DNA of 64,000 nucleotides from the human T2T-CHM13v2.0 reference genome, Homo sapiens. A program made the position numbers and the translations under genes. The stretch is taken from NCBI RefSeq assembly GCF_009914755.1, contig NC_060947.1; one strand, written 5' to 3'. This document shows, one piece after another, positions 11,001 to 23,801 of the stretch. Position 1 is the first letter of the stretch. Every line of letters begins with the position of its first letter. The notes beneath the pieces were generated by a model. That model was not told the DNA's origin. It was given only the letters and a program-made list of their open reading frames with translations, and did no database searches.

Positions 11001-14000
11001 CAACTCTGTGAGTTGAATGCAGTCATCGCAGAAAACTTTCTGAGAATGCTTCTGTCTAGGTTTGATGTGAAGATATAGACGTTTCAAACGAAGGCTACAA
11101 AGTGGTCAAAATATACACTTGCAGATTCTACTACAAGGGTGTTGCAAACCTGAACTATCAAAGGAAGGTTCAACTCTGTGAGTTGAATACAAACATCACA
11201 AAGAATGTTCTGAGTTTGCTTCCGTTCAGTTATGGGAAGTTGATCCCGTTTCCAACGAAATCCTCAGAGAGGTCCAAATATCCCCTTGCAGATTCTACAA
11301 AACGTGTGTTTGGAAACTGCTCCATCATAACGAATGTTCAGCTCCCTGAGTTAAACTCCATCGTCACAAAGAATTTTCTGAGAGTGCTACCGTCTGGTTT
11401 TTATATGAAGTTCTTTCCTTCACTACCACAGGCCTCAAAGCGGTCCAAATCCCCACTTGCAGATTCTACAAAAAGAGTGTTTGCAAACTGCTCTATCAAA
11501 AGGAATGTTCAACTCTGGGAGTTGAATGCAATCATCACAGAGCAGTTTCTGAGAATGCTTCTATGTCGTTTTTAGGAGAAGATATTTCCTTTTCCAACAC
11601 AGTCCTCCAAGCCCGCTAAATAGCCACTTGCACATTGTAGAAAAAGTGTGTCAAAGCTGCGCTATCAAAGGGAAAGTTCAACTCTGTGAGGTGAATGCAA
11701 ACATCCCAAAGAAGTTTCTGAGAATGCTTCCGTTTAGCTTTTAGGTGAAGATTATCCCGTTTCCAACGAAACCTTCAAAGAGGTCCAAATATCCCCTTGC
11801 GGATCCCACAGAAAGAGTGTTTCGAAACTGCTGTTTCAAAAGGAATCTTCAACTCTGTGAGTTGAATGCAATCATCACAAAGAAGTTTCTGACAATGCTT
11901 CTCTCTCGTCTTTCTGTGAAGATAAAGGAAAAGGCTTTCAGGCCTTTTCCACCACAGGCCTGAAAGCGCTCCAAATGTCCACTTGCAGATTCTGCCAAAA
12001 GAATATTTCAAAACTGCTCTATGAAAAGCAATGTTAAACTCTGTGGCTCGAACACAAACATCACAAAGCAGTTTCTGAGAATGCTTCAGTTTAGTTTTTC
12101 TGTGGAAATATTCCCGTTTCCAAAGAAATCTTCAAAGAGGTCCACGTATCCACTTACAGATTCTACAAAAAGACAGTTTCAAAACTGCTCCATCAAAAGG
12201 AGGGTTCAACTGTGTGACTTGAATGCAATCATCACTCAGAAGTTTCTGAGAATGCTTCTCTTTAGTTTTTACGTGAACATATACCCGTTTCGAACGAAGG
12301 CCAGCCAGTGGTCCAAATATCCACTTGCAGATTCTACAGAAAGAGTGTTTCGAACATGAACTCTCAAAGGCAGGTTCATCTCTGCGAGTTAAATGCATTC
12401 ATCATGAAGAACTTTCTCAGAGTGTTTGTGTTTAGTTATGGGAAATTATTCCCGTTTCCAACGAAAGCCTCAGAGAGCTCCAAATATCCACCTGCAGATT
12501 CTACCAAAAGTGTATTTGGAAACTGCTCCATCAAAAGGCATGTTCAGCTCTGTGAGTGAAACTCCATCATCACAAAGAATATTCTGAGAATGCTTCCGTT
12601 TGCCTTTTATATGAACTTCCTTCCTGTACTACCGTAGGCCTCAAAGCAGTCCAAATCTCCATTTGCAGATTCTACAAAAAGAGTGATTCCAATCTGCTCT
12701 ATCAATAGGATTGTTCAACTCCATGAGTTGAATGCCATCCTCACAATGTCGTTTCTGAGAATGCTTCTATCTAGTTTTTATGTGAAGATATTTCCTTTTC
12801 CACCACAGGCCTCAAAGCCCTCCAAACGTCCACTTTCAGATTCTCGAAAAAGAGTGTTTCATAGCTGCTCTTTCAAAAGGAAAGTTCAACTCTGGGAGTT
12901 GAATACAAACATCACAAAGTAGTTTCCGAGAATGCTTCTGTTTAGTTTTTATGTGAAGATGATCCCGTTTCCAGTGAAATCTTCAAAGAGGTCCACATAT
13001 CGCCTTGCAGATTCCAAAGAAAGAGGGTTTCAAAACTGCTCCATCAGAAGGATTGTTCAACTCTGTGAGTTGAATGCAGTCATCGCAGAAAACTTTCTGA
13101 GAATGCTTCTGTCTAGGTTTGATGTGAAGATATAGACGTTTCAAACGAAGGCTACAAAGTGGTCAAAATATACACTTGCAGATTCTACTACAAGGGTGTT
13201 GCAAACCTGAACTATCAAAGGAAGGTTCAACTCTGTGAGTTGAATACAAACATCACAAAGAATGTTCTGAGTTTGCTTCCGTCCAGTTATGGGAAGTTGA
13301 TCCCGTTTCCAACGAAATCCTCAGAGAGGTCCAAATATCCCCTTGCAGATTCTACAAAACGTGTGTTGGGAAACTGCTCCATCATAACGAATGTTCAGCT
13401 CCATGAGTTAAACTCCATCGTCACAAAGAATTTTCTGAGAGTGCTACCGTCTGGTTTTTATATGAAGTTCTTTCCTTCACTACCACAGGCCTCAAAGCGG
13501 TCCAAATCTCCACTTGCAGATTCTACAAAAAGAGTGTTTGCAAACTGCTCTATCAAAAGGAATGTTCAACTCTGGGAGTTGAATGCAATCATCACAGAGC
13601 AGTTTCTGAGAATGCTTCTATGTCGTTTTTAGGAGAAGATATTTCCTTTTCCAACACAGTCCTCCAAGCCCGCTAAATAGCCACTTGCACATTGTAGAAA
13701 AAGTGTGTCAAAGCTGCGCTATCAAAGGGAAAGTTCAACTCTGTGAGGTGAATGCAAACATCCCAAAGAAGTTTCTGAGAATGCTTCCGTTTAGCTTTTA
13801 GGTGAAGATTATCCCGTTTCCAACGAAACCTTCAAAGAGGTCCAAATATCCCCTTGCGGATCCCACAGAAAGAGTGTTTCGAAACTGCTGTTTCAAAAGG
13901 AATCTTCAACTCTGTGAGTTGAATGCAATCATCACAAAGAAGTTTCTGACAATGCTTCTCTCTCGTCTTTCTGTGAAGATAAAGGAAAAGGCTTTCAGGC

Positions 14001-17000
14001 CTTTTCCACCACAGGCCTGAAAGCGCTCCAAATGTCCACTTGCAGATTCTGCCAAAAGAATATTTCAAAACTGCTCTATGAAAAGCAATGTTAAACTCTG
14101 TCGCTCGAACACAAACATCACAAAGCAGTTTCTGAGAATGCTTCAGTTTAGTTTTTCTGTGGAAATATTCCCGTTTCCAAAGAAATCTTCAAAGAGGTCC
14201 ACGTATCCACTTACAGATTCTACAAAAAGACAGTTTCAAAACTGCTCCATCAAAAGGAGGGTTCAACTGTGTGACTTGAATGCAATCATCACTCAGAAGT
14301 TTCTGAGAATGCTTCTCTTTAGTTTTTACGTGAACATATACCCGTTTCGAACGAAGGCCACCCAGTGGTCCAAATATCCACTTGCAGATTCTACAGAAAG
14401 AGTGTTTCGAACCTGAACTCTCAAAGGCAGGTTCATCTCTGCGAGTTAAATGCATTCATCATGAAGAACTTTCTCAGAGTGTTTGTGTTTAGTTATGGGA
14501 AATTATTCCCGTTTCCAACGAAATCCTCAGAGAGCTCCAAATATCCACCTGCAGATTCTACCAAAAGTGTATTTGGAAACTGCTCCATCAAAAGGCATGT
14601 TCAGCTCTGTGAGTGAAACTCCATCATCACAAAGAATATTCTGAGAATGCTTCCGTTTGCCTTTTATATGAAGTTCCTTCCTGTACTACCGTAGGCCTCA
14701 AAGCAGTCCAAATCTCCATTTGCAGATTCTACAAAAAGAGTGATTCCAATCTGCTCTATCAATAGGATTGTTCAACTCCATGAGTTGAATGCCATCCTCA
14801 CAATGTCGTTTCTGAGAATGCTTCTATCTAGTTTTTATGTGAAGATATTTCCTTTTCCACCACAGGCCTCAAAGCCCTCCAAACGTCCACTTGCAGATTC
14901 TCGAAAAAGAGTGTTTCATAGCTGCTCTTTCAAAAGGAAAGTTCAACTCTGGGAGTTGAATACAAACATCACAAAATAGTTTCCGAGACTGCTTCTGTTT
15001 AGTTTTTATATGAAGATGATCCCGTTTCCAGTGAAATCTTCAAAGAGGTCCACATATCGCCTTGCAGATTCCAAAGAAAGAGGGTTTCAAAACTGCTCCA
15101 TCAGAAGGATTGTTCAACTCTGTGAGTTGAATGCAGTCATCGCAGAAAACTTTCTGAGAATGCTTCTGTCTAGGTTTGATGTGAAGATATAGACGTTTCA
15201 AACGAAGGCTACAAAGTGGTCAAAATATACACTTGCAGATTCTACTACAAGGGTGTTGCAAACCTGAACTATCAAAGGAAGGTTCAACTCTGTGAGTTGA
15301 ATACAAACATCACAAAGAATGTTCTGAGTTTGCTTCCGTTCAGTTATGGGAAGTTGATCCCGTTTCCAACAAAATCCTCAGAGAGGTCCAAATATCCCCT
15401 TGCAGATTCTACAAAACGTGTGTTGGGAAACTGCTCCATCATAACGAATGTTCAGCTCCCTGAGTTAAACTCCATCGTCACAAAGAATTTTCTGAGAGTG
15501 CTACCGTCTGGTTTTTATATGAAGTTCTTTCCTTCACTACCACAGGCCTCAAAGCGGTCCAAACCTCCACTTGCAGATTCTACAAAAAGAGTGTTTGCAA
15601 ACTGCTCTATCAAAAGGAATGTTCAACTCTGGGAGTTGAATGCAATCATCACAGAGCAGTTTCTGAGAATGCTTCTATGTCGTTTTTAGGAGAAGATATT
15701 TCCTTTTCCAACACAGTCCTCCAAGCCCGCTAAATAGCCACTTGCACATTGTAGAAAAAGTGTGTCAAAGCTGCGCTATCAAAGGGAAAGTTCAACTCTG
15801 TGAGGTGAATGCAAACATCCCAAAGAAGTTTCTGAGAATGCTTCCGTTTAGCTTTTAGGTGAAGATTATCCCGTTTCCAACGAAACCTTCAAAGAGGTCC
15901 AAATATCCCCTTGCGGATCCCACAGAAAGAGTGTTTCGAAACTGCTGTTTCAAAAGGAATCTTCAACTCTGTGAGTTGAATGCAATCATCACAAAGAAGT
16001 TTCTGACAATGCTTCTCTCTCGTCTTTCTGTGAAGATAAAGGAAAAGGCTTTCAGGCCTTTTCCACCACAGGCCTGAAAGCGCTCCAAATGTCCACTTGC
16101 AGATTCTGCCAAAAGAATATTTCAAAACTGCTCTATGAAAAGCAACGTTAAACTCTGTCGCTCGAACACCAACATCACAAAGCAGTTTCTGAGAATGCTT
16201 CAGTTTAGTTTTTCTGTGGAAATATTCCCGTTTCCAAAGAAATCTTCAAAGAGGTCCACGTATCCACTTACAGATTCTACAAAAAGACAGTTTCAAAACT
16301 GCTCCATCAAAAGGAGGGTTCAACTGTGTGACTTGAATGCAATCATCACTCAGAAGTTTCTGAGAATGCTTCTCTTTAGTTTTTAGGTGAACATATACCC
16401 GTTTCGAACGAACGCCACCCAGTGGTCCAAATATCCACTTGCAGATTCTACAGAAAGAGTGTTTCGAACCTGAACTCTCAAAGGCAGGTTCATCTCTGCG
16501 AGTTAAATGCATTCATCATGAAGAACTTTCTCAGAGTGTTTGTGTTTAGTTATGGGAAATTATTCCCGTTTCCAACGAAATCCTCAGAGAGCTCCAAATA
16601 TCCACCTGCAGATTCTACCAAAAGTGTATTTGGAAACTGCTCCATCAAAAGGCATGTTCAGCTCTGTCAGTGAAACTCCATCATCACAAAGAATATTCTG
16701 AGAATGCTTCCGTTTGCCTTTTATATGAACTTCCTTCCTGTACTACCGTAGGCCTCAAAGCAGTCCAAATCTCCATTTGCAGATTCTACAAAAAGAGTGA
16801 TTCCAATCTTCTCTATCAATAGGATTGTTCAACTCCATGAGTTGAATGCCATCCTCACAAAGTAGTTTCTGAGAATGCTTCTATCTGGTTTTTGTGTGAA
16901 GATATTTCCTTTTCCACCACAGGCCTCAAAGCCCCCCAAACGTCCACTTGCAGATTCTCGAAAAAGAGTGTTTCATAGCTTCTCTTTCAAAAGGAAAGTT

Positions 17001-20000
17001 CAACTCTGGGAGTTGAATACAAACATCACAAAATAGTTTCCGAGAATGCTTCTGTTTAGTTTTTATGTGAAGATGATCCCGTTTCCAGTGAAATCTTCAA
17101 AGAGGTCCACATATCCCCTTGCAGATTCCAAAGAAAGAGGGTTTCAAAACTGCTCCATCAAAAGGATTGTTCAACTCTGTGTGTTGAATGCAGTCATCGC
17201 AGAAAACTTTCTGAGAATGCTTCTGTCTAGGTTTGATGTGAAGATATAGACGTTTCAAACGAAGGCTACAAAGTGGTCAAAATATACACTTGCAGATTCT
17301 ACTACAAGGGTGTTGGAAACCTGAACTATCAAAGGAAGGTTCAACTCTGTGAGTTGAATACAAACATCACAAAGAATGTTCTGAGTTTGCTTCCGTTCAG
17401 TTATGGGAAGTTGATCCCGTTTCCAACGAAATCCTCAGAGAGGTCCAAATATCCCCTCGCAGATTCTACAAAACGTTTGTTTGGAAACTGCTCCATCATA
17501 ACGAATGTTCAGCTCCCTGAGTTAAACTCCATCGTCACAAAGAATTTTCTGAGAGTGCTACCGTCTGGTTTTTATATGAAGTTCTTTCCTTCACTACCAC
17601 AGGCCTCAAAGCGGTCCAAATCCCCACTTGCAGATTCTACAAAAAGAGTGTTTGCAAACTGCTCTATCAAAAGGAATGTTCAACTCTGGGAGTTGAATGC
17701 AATCATCACAGAGCAGTTTCTGAGAATGCTTCTATGTCGTTTTTAGGAGAAGATATTTCCTTTTCCAACACAGTCCTCCAAGCCCGCTAAATAGCCACTT
17801 GCACATTGTAGAAAAAGTGTGTCAAAGCTGCGCTATCAAAGGGAAAGTTCAACTCTGTGAGGTGAATGCAAACATCCCAAAGAAGTTTCTGAGAATGCTT
17901 CCGTTTAGCTTTTAGGTGAAGATTATCCCGTTTCCAACGAAACCTTCAAAGAGGTCCAAATATCCCCTTGCGGATCCCACAGAAAGAGTGTTTCGAAACT
18001 GCTGTTTCAAAAGGAATCTTCAACTCTGTGAGTTGAATGCAATCATCACAAAGAAGTTTCTGACAATGCTTCTCTCTCGTCTTTCTGTGAAGATAAAGGA
18101 AAAGGCTTTCAGGCCTTTTCCACCACAGGCCTGAAAGCGCTCCAAATGTCCACTTGCAGATTCTGCCAAAAGAATATTTCAAAACTGCTCTATGAAAAGC
18201 AATGTTAAACTCTGTGGCTCGAACACAAACATCACAAAGCAGTTTCTGAGAATGCTTCAGTTTAGTTTTTCTGTGGAAATATTCCCGTTTCCAAAGAAAT
18301 CTTCAAAGAGGTCCACGTATCCACTTACAGATTCTACAAAAAGACAGTTTCAAAACTGCTCCATCAAAAGGAGGGTTCAACTGTGTGACTTGAATGCAAT
18401 CATCACTCAGAAGTTTCTGAGAATGCTTCTCTTTAGTTTTTACGTGAACATATACCCGTTTCGAACGAAGGCCAGCCAGTGGTCCAAATATCCACTTGCA
18501 GATTCTACAGAAAGAGTGTTTCGAACATGAACTCTCAAAGGCAGGTTCATCTCTGCGAGTTAAATGCATTCATCATGAAGAACTTTCTCAGAGTGTTTGT
18601 GTTTAGTTATGGGAAATTATTCCCGTTTCCAACGAAAGCCTCAGAGAGCTCCAAATATCCACCTGCAGATTCTACCAAAAGTGTATTTGGAAACTGCTCC
18701 ATCAAAAGGCATGTTCAGCTCTGTCAGTGAAACTCCATCATCACAAAGAATATTCTGAGAATGCTTCCGTTTGCCTTTTATATGAAGTTCCTTCCTGTAC
18801 TACCGTAGGCCTCAAAGCAGTCCAAATCTCCATTTGCAGATTCTACAAAAAGAGTGATTCCAATCTGCTCTATCAATAGGATTGTTCAACTCCATGAGTT
18901 GAATGCCATCCTCACAAAGTAGTTTCTGAGAATGCTTCTATCTGGTTTTTGTGTGAAGATATTTCCTTTTCCACCAGAGGCCTCAAAGCCCTCCAAACGT
19001 CCACTTGCAGATTCTCGAAAAAGAGTGTTTCATAGCTGCTCTTTCAAAAGGAAAGTTCAACTCTGGGAGTTGAATACAAACATCACAAAGTAGTTTCCGA
19101 GAATGCTTCTGTTTAGTTTTTATATGAAGATGATCCCGTTTCCAGTGAAATCTTCAAAGAGGTCCACATATCGCCTTGCAGATTCCAAAGAAAGAGGGTT
19201 TCAAAACTGCTCCATCAGAAGGATTGTTCAACTCTGTGAGTTGAATGCAGTCATCGCAGAAAACTTTCTGAGAATGCTTCTGTCTAGGTTTGATGTGAAG
19301 ATATAGACGTTTCAAACGAAGGCTACAAAGTGGTCAAAATATACACTTGCAGATTCTACTACAAGGGTGTTGCAAACCTGAACTATCAAAGGAAGGTTCA
19401 ACTCTGTGAGTTGAATACAAACATCACAAAGAATGTTCTGAGTTTGCTTCCGTTCAGTTATGGGAAGTTGATCCCGTTTCCAACGAAATCCTCAGAGAGG
19501 TCCAAATATCCCCTCGCAGATTCTACAAAACGTTTGTTTGGAAACTGCTCCATCATAACGAATGTTCAGCTCCCTGAGTTAAACTCCATCGTCACAAAGA
19601 ATTTTCTGAGAGTGCTACCGTCTGGTTTTTATATGAAGTTCTTTCCTTCACTACCACAGGCCTCAAAGCGGTCCAAATCCCCACTTGCAGATTCTACAAA
19701 AAGAGTGTTTGCAAACTGCTCTATCAAAAGGAATGTTCAACTCTGGGAGTTGAATGCAATCATCACAGAGCAGTTTCTGAGAATGCTTCTATGTCGTTTT
19801 TAGGAGAAGATATTTCCTTTTCCAACACAGTCCTCCAAGCCCGCTAAATAGCCACTTGCACATTGTAGAAAAAGTGTGTCAAAGCTGCGCTATCAAAGGG
19901 AAAGTTGAACTCTGTGAGGTGAATGCAAACATCCCAAAGAAGTTTCTGAGAATGCTTCCGTTTAGCTTTTAGGTGAAGATTATCCCGTTTCCAACGAAAC

Positions 20001-22085
20001 CTTCAAAGAGGTCCAAATATCCCCTTGCGGATCCCACAGAAAGAGTGTTTCGAAACTGCTGTTTCAAAAGGAATCTTCAACTCTGTGAGTTGAATGCAAT
20101 CATCACAAAGAAGTTTCTGACAATGCTTCTCTCTCGTCTTTCTGTGAAGATAAAGGAAAAGGCTTTCAGGCCTTTTCCACCACAGGCCTGAAAGCGCTCC
20201 AAATGTCCACTTGCAGATTCTGCCAAAAGAATATTTCAAAACTGCTCTATGAAAAGCAATGTTAAACTCTGTGGCTCGAACACAAACATCACAAAGCAGT
20301 TTCTGAGAATGCTTCAGTTTAGTTTTTCTGTGGAAATATTCCCGTTTCCAAAGAAATCTTCAAAGAGGTCCACGTATCCACTTACAGATTCTACAAAAAG
20401 ACAGTTTCAAAACTGCTCCATCAAAAGGAGGGTTCAACTGTGTGACTTGAATGCAATCATCACTCAGAAGTTTCTGAGAATGCTTCTCTTTAGTTTTTAC
20501 GTGAACATATACCCGTTTCGAACGAAGGCCAGCCAGTGGTCCAAATATCCACTTGCAGATTCTACAGAAAGAGTGTTTCGAACATGAACTCTCAAAGGCA
20601 GGTTCATCTCTGCGAGTTAAATGCATTCATCATGAAGAACTTTCTCAGAGTGTTTGTGTTTAGTTATGGGAAATTATTCCCGTTTCCAACGAAATCCTCA
20701 GAGAGCTCCAAATATCCACCTGCAGATTCTACCAAAAGTGTATTTGGAAACTGCTCCATCAAAAGGCATGTTCAGCTCTGTCAGTGAAACTCCATCATCA
20801 CAAAGAATATTCTGAGAATGCTTCCGTTTGCCTTTTATATGAAGTTCCTTCCTGTACTACCGTAGGCCTCAAAGCAGTCCAAATCTCCATTTGCAGATTC
20901 TACAAAAAGAGTGATTCCAATCTGCTCTATCAATAGGATTGTTCAACTCCATGAGTTGAATGCCATCCTCACAAAGTAGTTTCTGAGAATGCTTCTATCT
21001 GGTTTTTGTGTGAAGATATTTCCTTTTCCACCAGAGGCCTCAAAGCCCTCCAAACGTCCACTTGCAGATTCTCGAAAAAGAGTGTTTCATAGCTGCTCTT
21101 TCAAAAGGAAAGTTCAACTCTGGGAGTTGAATACAAACATCACAAAGTAGTTTCCGAGAATGCTTCTGTTTAGTTTTTATATGAAGATGATCCCGTTTCC
21201 AGTGAAATCTTCAAAGAGGTCCACATATCGCCTTGCAGATTCCAAAGAAAGAGGGTTTCAAAACTGCTCCATCAGAAGGATTGTTCAACTCTGTGAGTTG
21301 AATGCAGTCATCGCAGAAAACTTTCTGAGAATGCTTCTGTCTAGGTTTGATGTGAAGATATAGACGTTTCAAACGAAGGCTACAAAGTGGTCAAAATATA
21401 CACTTGCAGATTCTGCTACAAGGGTGTTGCAAACCTGAACTATCAAAGGAAGGTTCAACTCTGTGAGTTGAATACAAACATCACAAAGAATGTTCTGAGT
21501 TTGCTTCCGTTCAGTTATGGGAAGTTGATCCCGTTTCCAACAAAATCCTCAGAGAGGTCCAAATATCCCCTTGCAGATTCTACAAAACGTGTGTTGGGAA
21601 ACTGCTCCATCATAACGAATGTTCAGCTCCCTGAGTTAAACTCCATCGTCACAAAGAATTTTCTGAGAGTGCTACCGTCTGGTTTTTATATGAAGTTCTT
21701 TCCTTTACTACCATAGGCCTCAAAGCGGTCCAAATCTCCACTTGCAGATTCTACAAAAAGAGTGTTTGCAAACTGCTCTATCAAAAGGAATGTTCAACCC
21801 TGGGAGTTGAATGCAATCATCACAGAGCAGTTTCTGAGAATGCTTCTATGTCGTTTTTAGGAGAAGATATTTCCTTTTCCAACACAGTCCTCCAAGCCCG
21901 CTAAATAGCCACTTGCACATTGTAGAAAAAGTGTGTCAAAGCTGCGCTATCGAAGGGAAAGTTCAACTCTGAGAGGTGAATGCAAACATCCCAAAGAAGT
22001 TTCTGAGAGTGCTTCCGTTTAGCTTTTAGGTGAAGATTATCCCGTTTCCAACAAAACCTTCAAAGAGGTCCAAATATCCCCTTGC

Positions 22086-23801
22086 GGATCCCACAGAAAG
22101 AGTGTTTCGAAACTGCTGTTTCAAAAGGAATCTTCAACTCTGTGAGTTGAATGCAATCATCACAAAGAAGTTTCTGACAATGCTTCTCTCTCGTCTTTCT
22201 GTGAAGATAAAGGAAAAGGCTTTCAGGCCTTTTCCACCACAGGCCTGAAAGCGCTCCAAATGTCCACTTGCAGATTCTGCGAAAAGAATATTTCAAAACT
22301 GCTCTATGAAAAGCAATGTTAAACTCTGTGGCTCGAACACAAACATCACAAAGCAGTTTCTGAGAATGCTTCAGTTTAGTTTTTCTGTGGAAATATTCCC
22401 GTTTCCAAAGAAATCTTCAAAGAGGTCCACGTATCCACTTACAGATTCTACAAAAAGACAGTTTCAAAACTGCTCCATCAAAAGGAGGGTTCAACTGTGT
22501 GACTTGAATGCAATCATCACTCAGAAGTTTCTGAGAATGCTTCTCTTTAGTTTTTACGTGAACATATACCCGTTTCGAACGAACGCCACCCAGTGGTCCA
22601 AATATCCACTTGCAGATTCTACAGAAAGAGTGTTTCGAACCTGAACTCTCAAAGGCAGGTTCATCTCTGCGAGTTAAATGCATTCATCATGAAGAACTTT
22701 CTCAGAGTGTTTGTGTTTAGTTATGGGAAATTATTCCCGTTTCCAACGAAATCCTCAGAGTGGTCCAAATATCCACCTGCAGATTCTACCAAAAGTGTAC
22801 TTGGAATCTGCTCCATCAAAAGGCATGTTCAGCTCTGTGAGTGAAACTCCATCATCACAAAGAATATTCTGAGAATGCTTCCGTTCGCCTTTTATATGAA
22901 GTTCCTTCCTGTACTACCGTAGGCCTCAAAGCAGTCCAAATCTCCATTTGCAGATTCTACAAAAAGAGTGATTCCAATCTGCTCTATCAATAGGATTGTT
23001 CAACTCCATGAGTTGAATGCCATCCTCACAAAGTAGTTTCTGAGAATGCTTCTATCTGGTTTTTGTGTGAAGATATTTCCTTTTCCACCACAGGCCTCAA
23101 AGCCCTCCAAACGTCCACTTGCAGATTCTCGAAAAAGAGTGTTTCATAGCTGCTCTTTCAAAAGGAAAGTTCAACTCTGGGAGTTGAATACAAACATCAC
23201 AAAGAATGTTCTGAGTTTGCTTCCGTTCAGTTATGGGAAGTTGATCCCGTTTCCAACGAAATCCTCAGAGAGGTCCAAATATCCCCTTGCAGATTCTACA
23301 AAACGTGTGTTTGGAAACTGCTCCATCATAACGAATGTTCAGCTCCCTGAGTTAAACTCCATCGTCACAAAGAATTTTCTGAGAGTGCTACCGTCTGTTT
23401 TTTATATGAAGCTCTTTCCTTTACTACCCCAGTCCTCAAAGCGGTCCAAATCTCCACTTGCAGATTCTACAAAAAGAGTGTTTGCAAACTGCTCTATCAA
23501 AAGGAATGTTCAACTCTGGGAGTTGAATGCAATCATCACAGAGCAGTTTCTGAGAATGCTTCTATGTCGTTTTTAGGAGAAGATATTTCCTTTTCCAACA
23601 CAGTCCTCCAAGCCCGCTAAATAGCCACTTGCACATTGTAGAAAAAGTGTGTCAAAGCTGCGCTATCAAAGGGAAAGTTCAACTCTGAGAGGTGAATGCA
23701 AACATCCCAAAGAAGTTTCTGAGAGTGCTTCCGTTTAGCTTTTAGGTGAAGATTATCCCGTTTCCAACGAAACCTTCAAAGAGGTCCAAATATCCCCTTG
23801 C
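22086..23801 (-). repeat. 10-mer HOR deletion variant, copy 1 (1716 bp)
   Basis: Anchor spacing 22030->23746 = 1716; fused junction CTCTGGGAGTTGAATACAAACATCACAAAGAATGTT, shared tract 23181-23204. Confidence 0.93.

Noticed and set aside
23046-23576. Longer 176-aa ORF unique to five loci
   Set aside because: Created incidentally by the 341-bp deletion fusing two satellite frames; useful only as a marker of the 10-mer.
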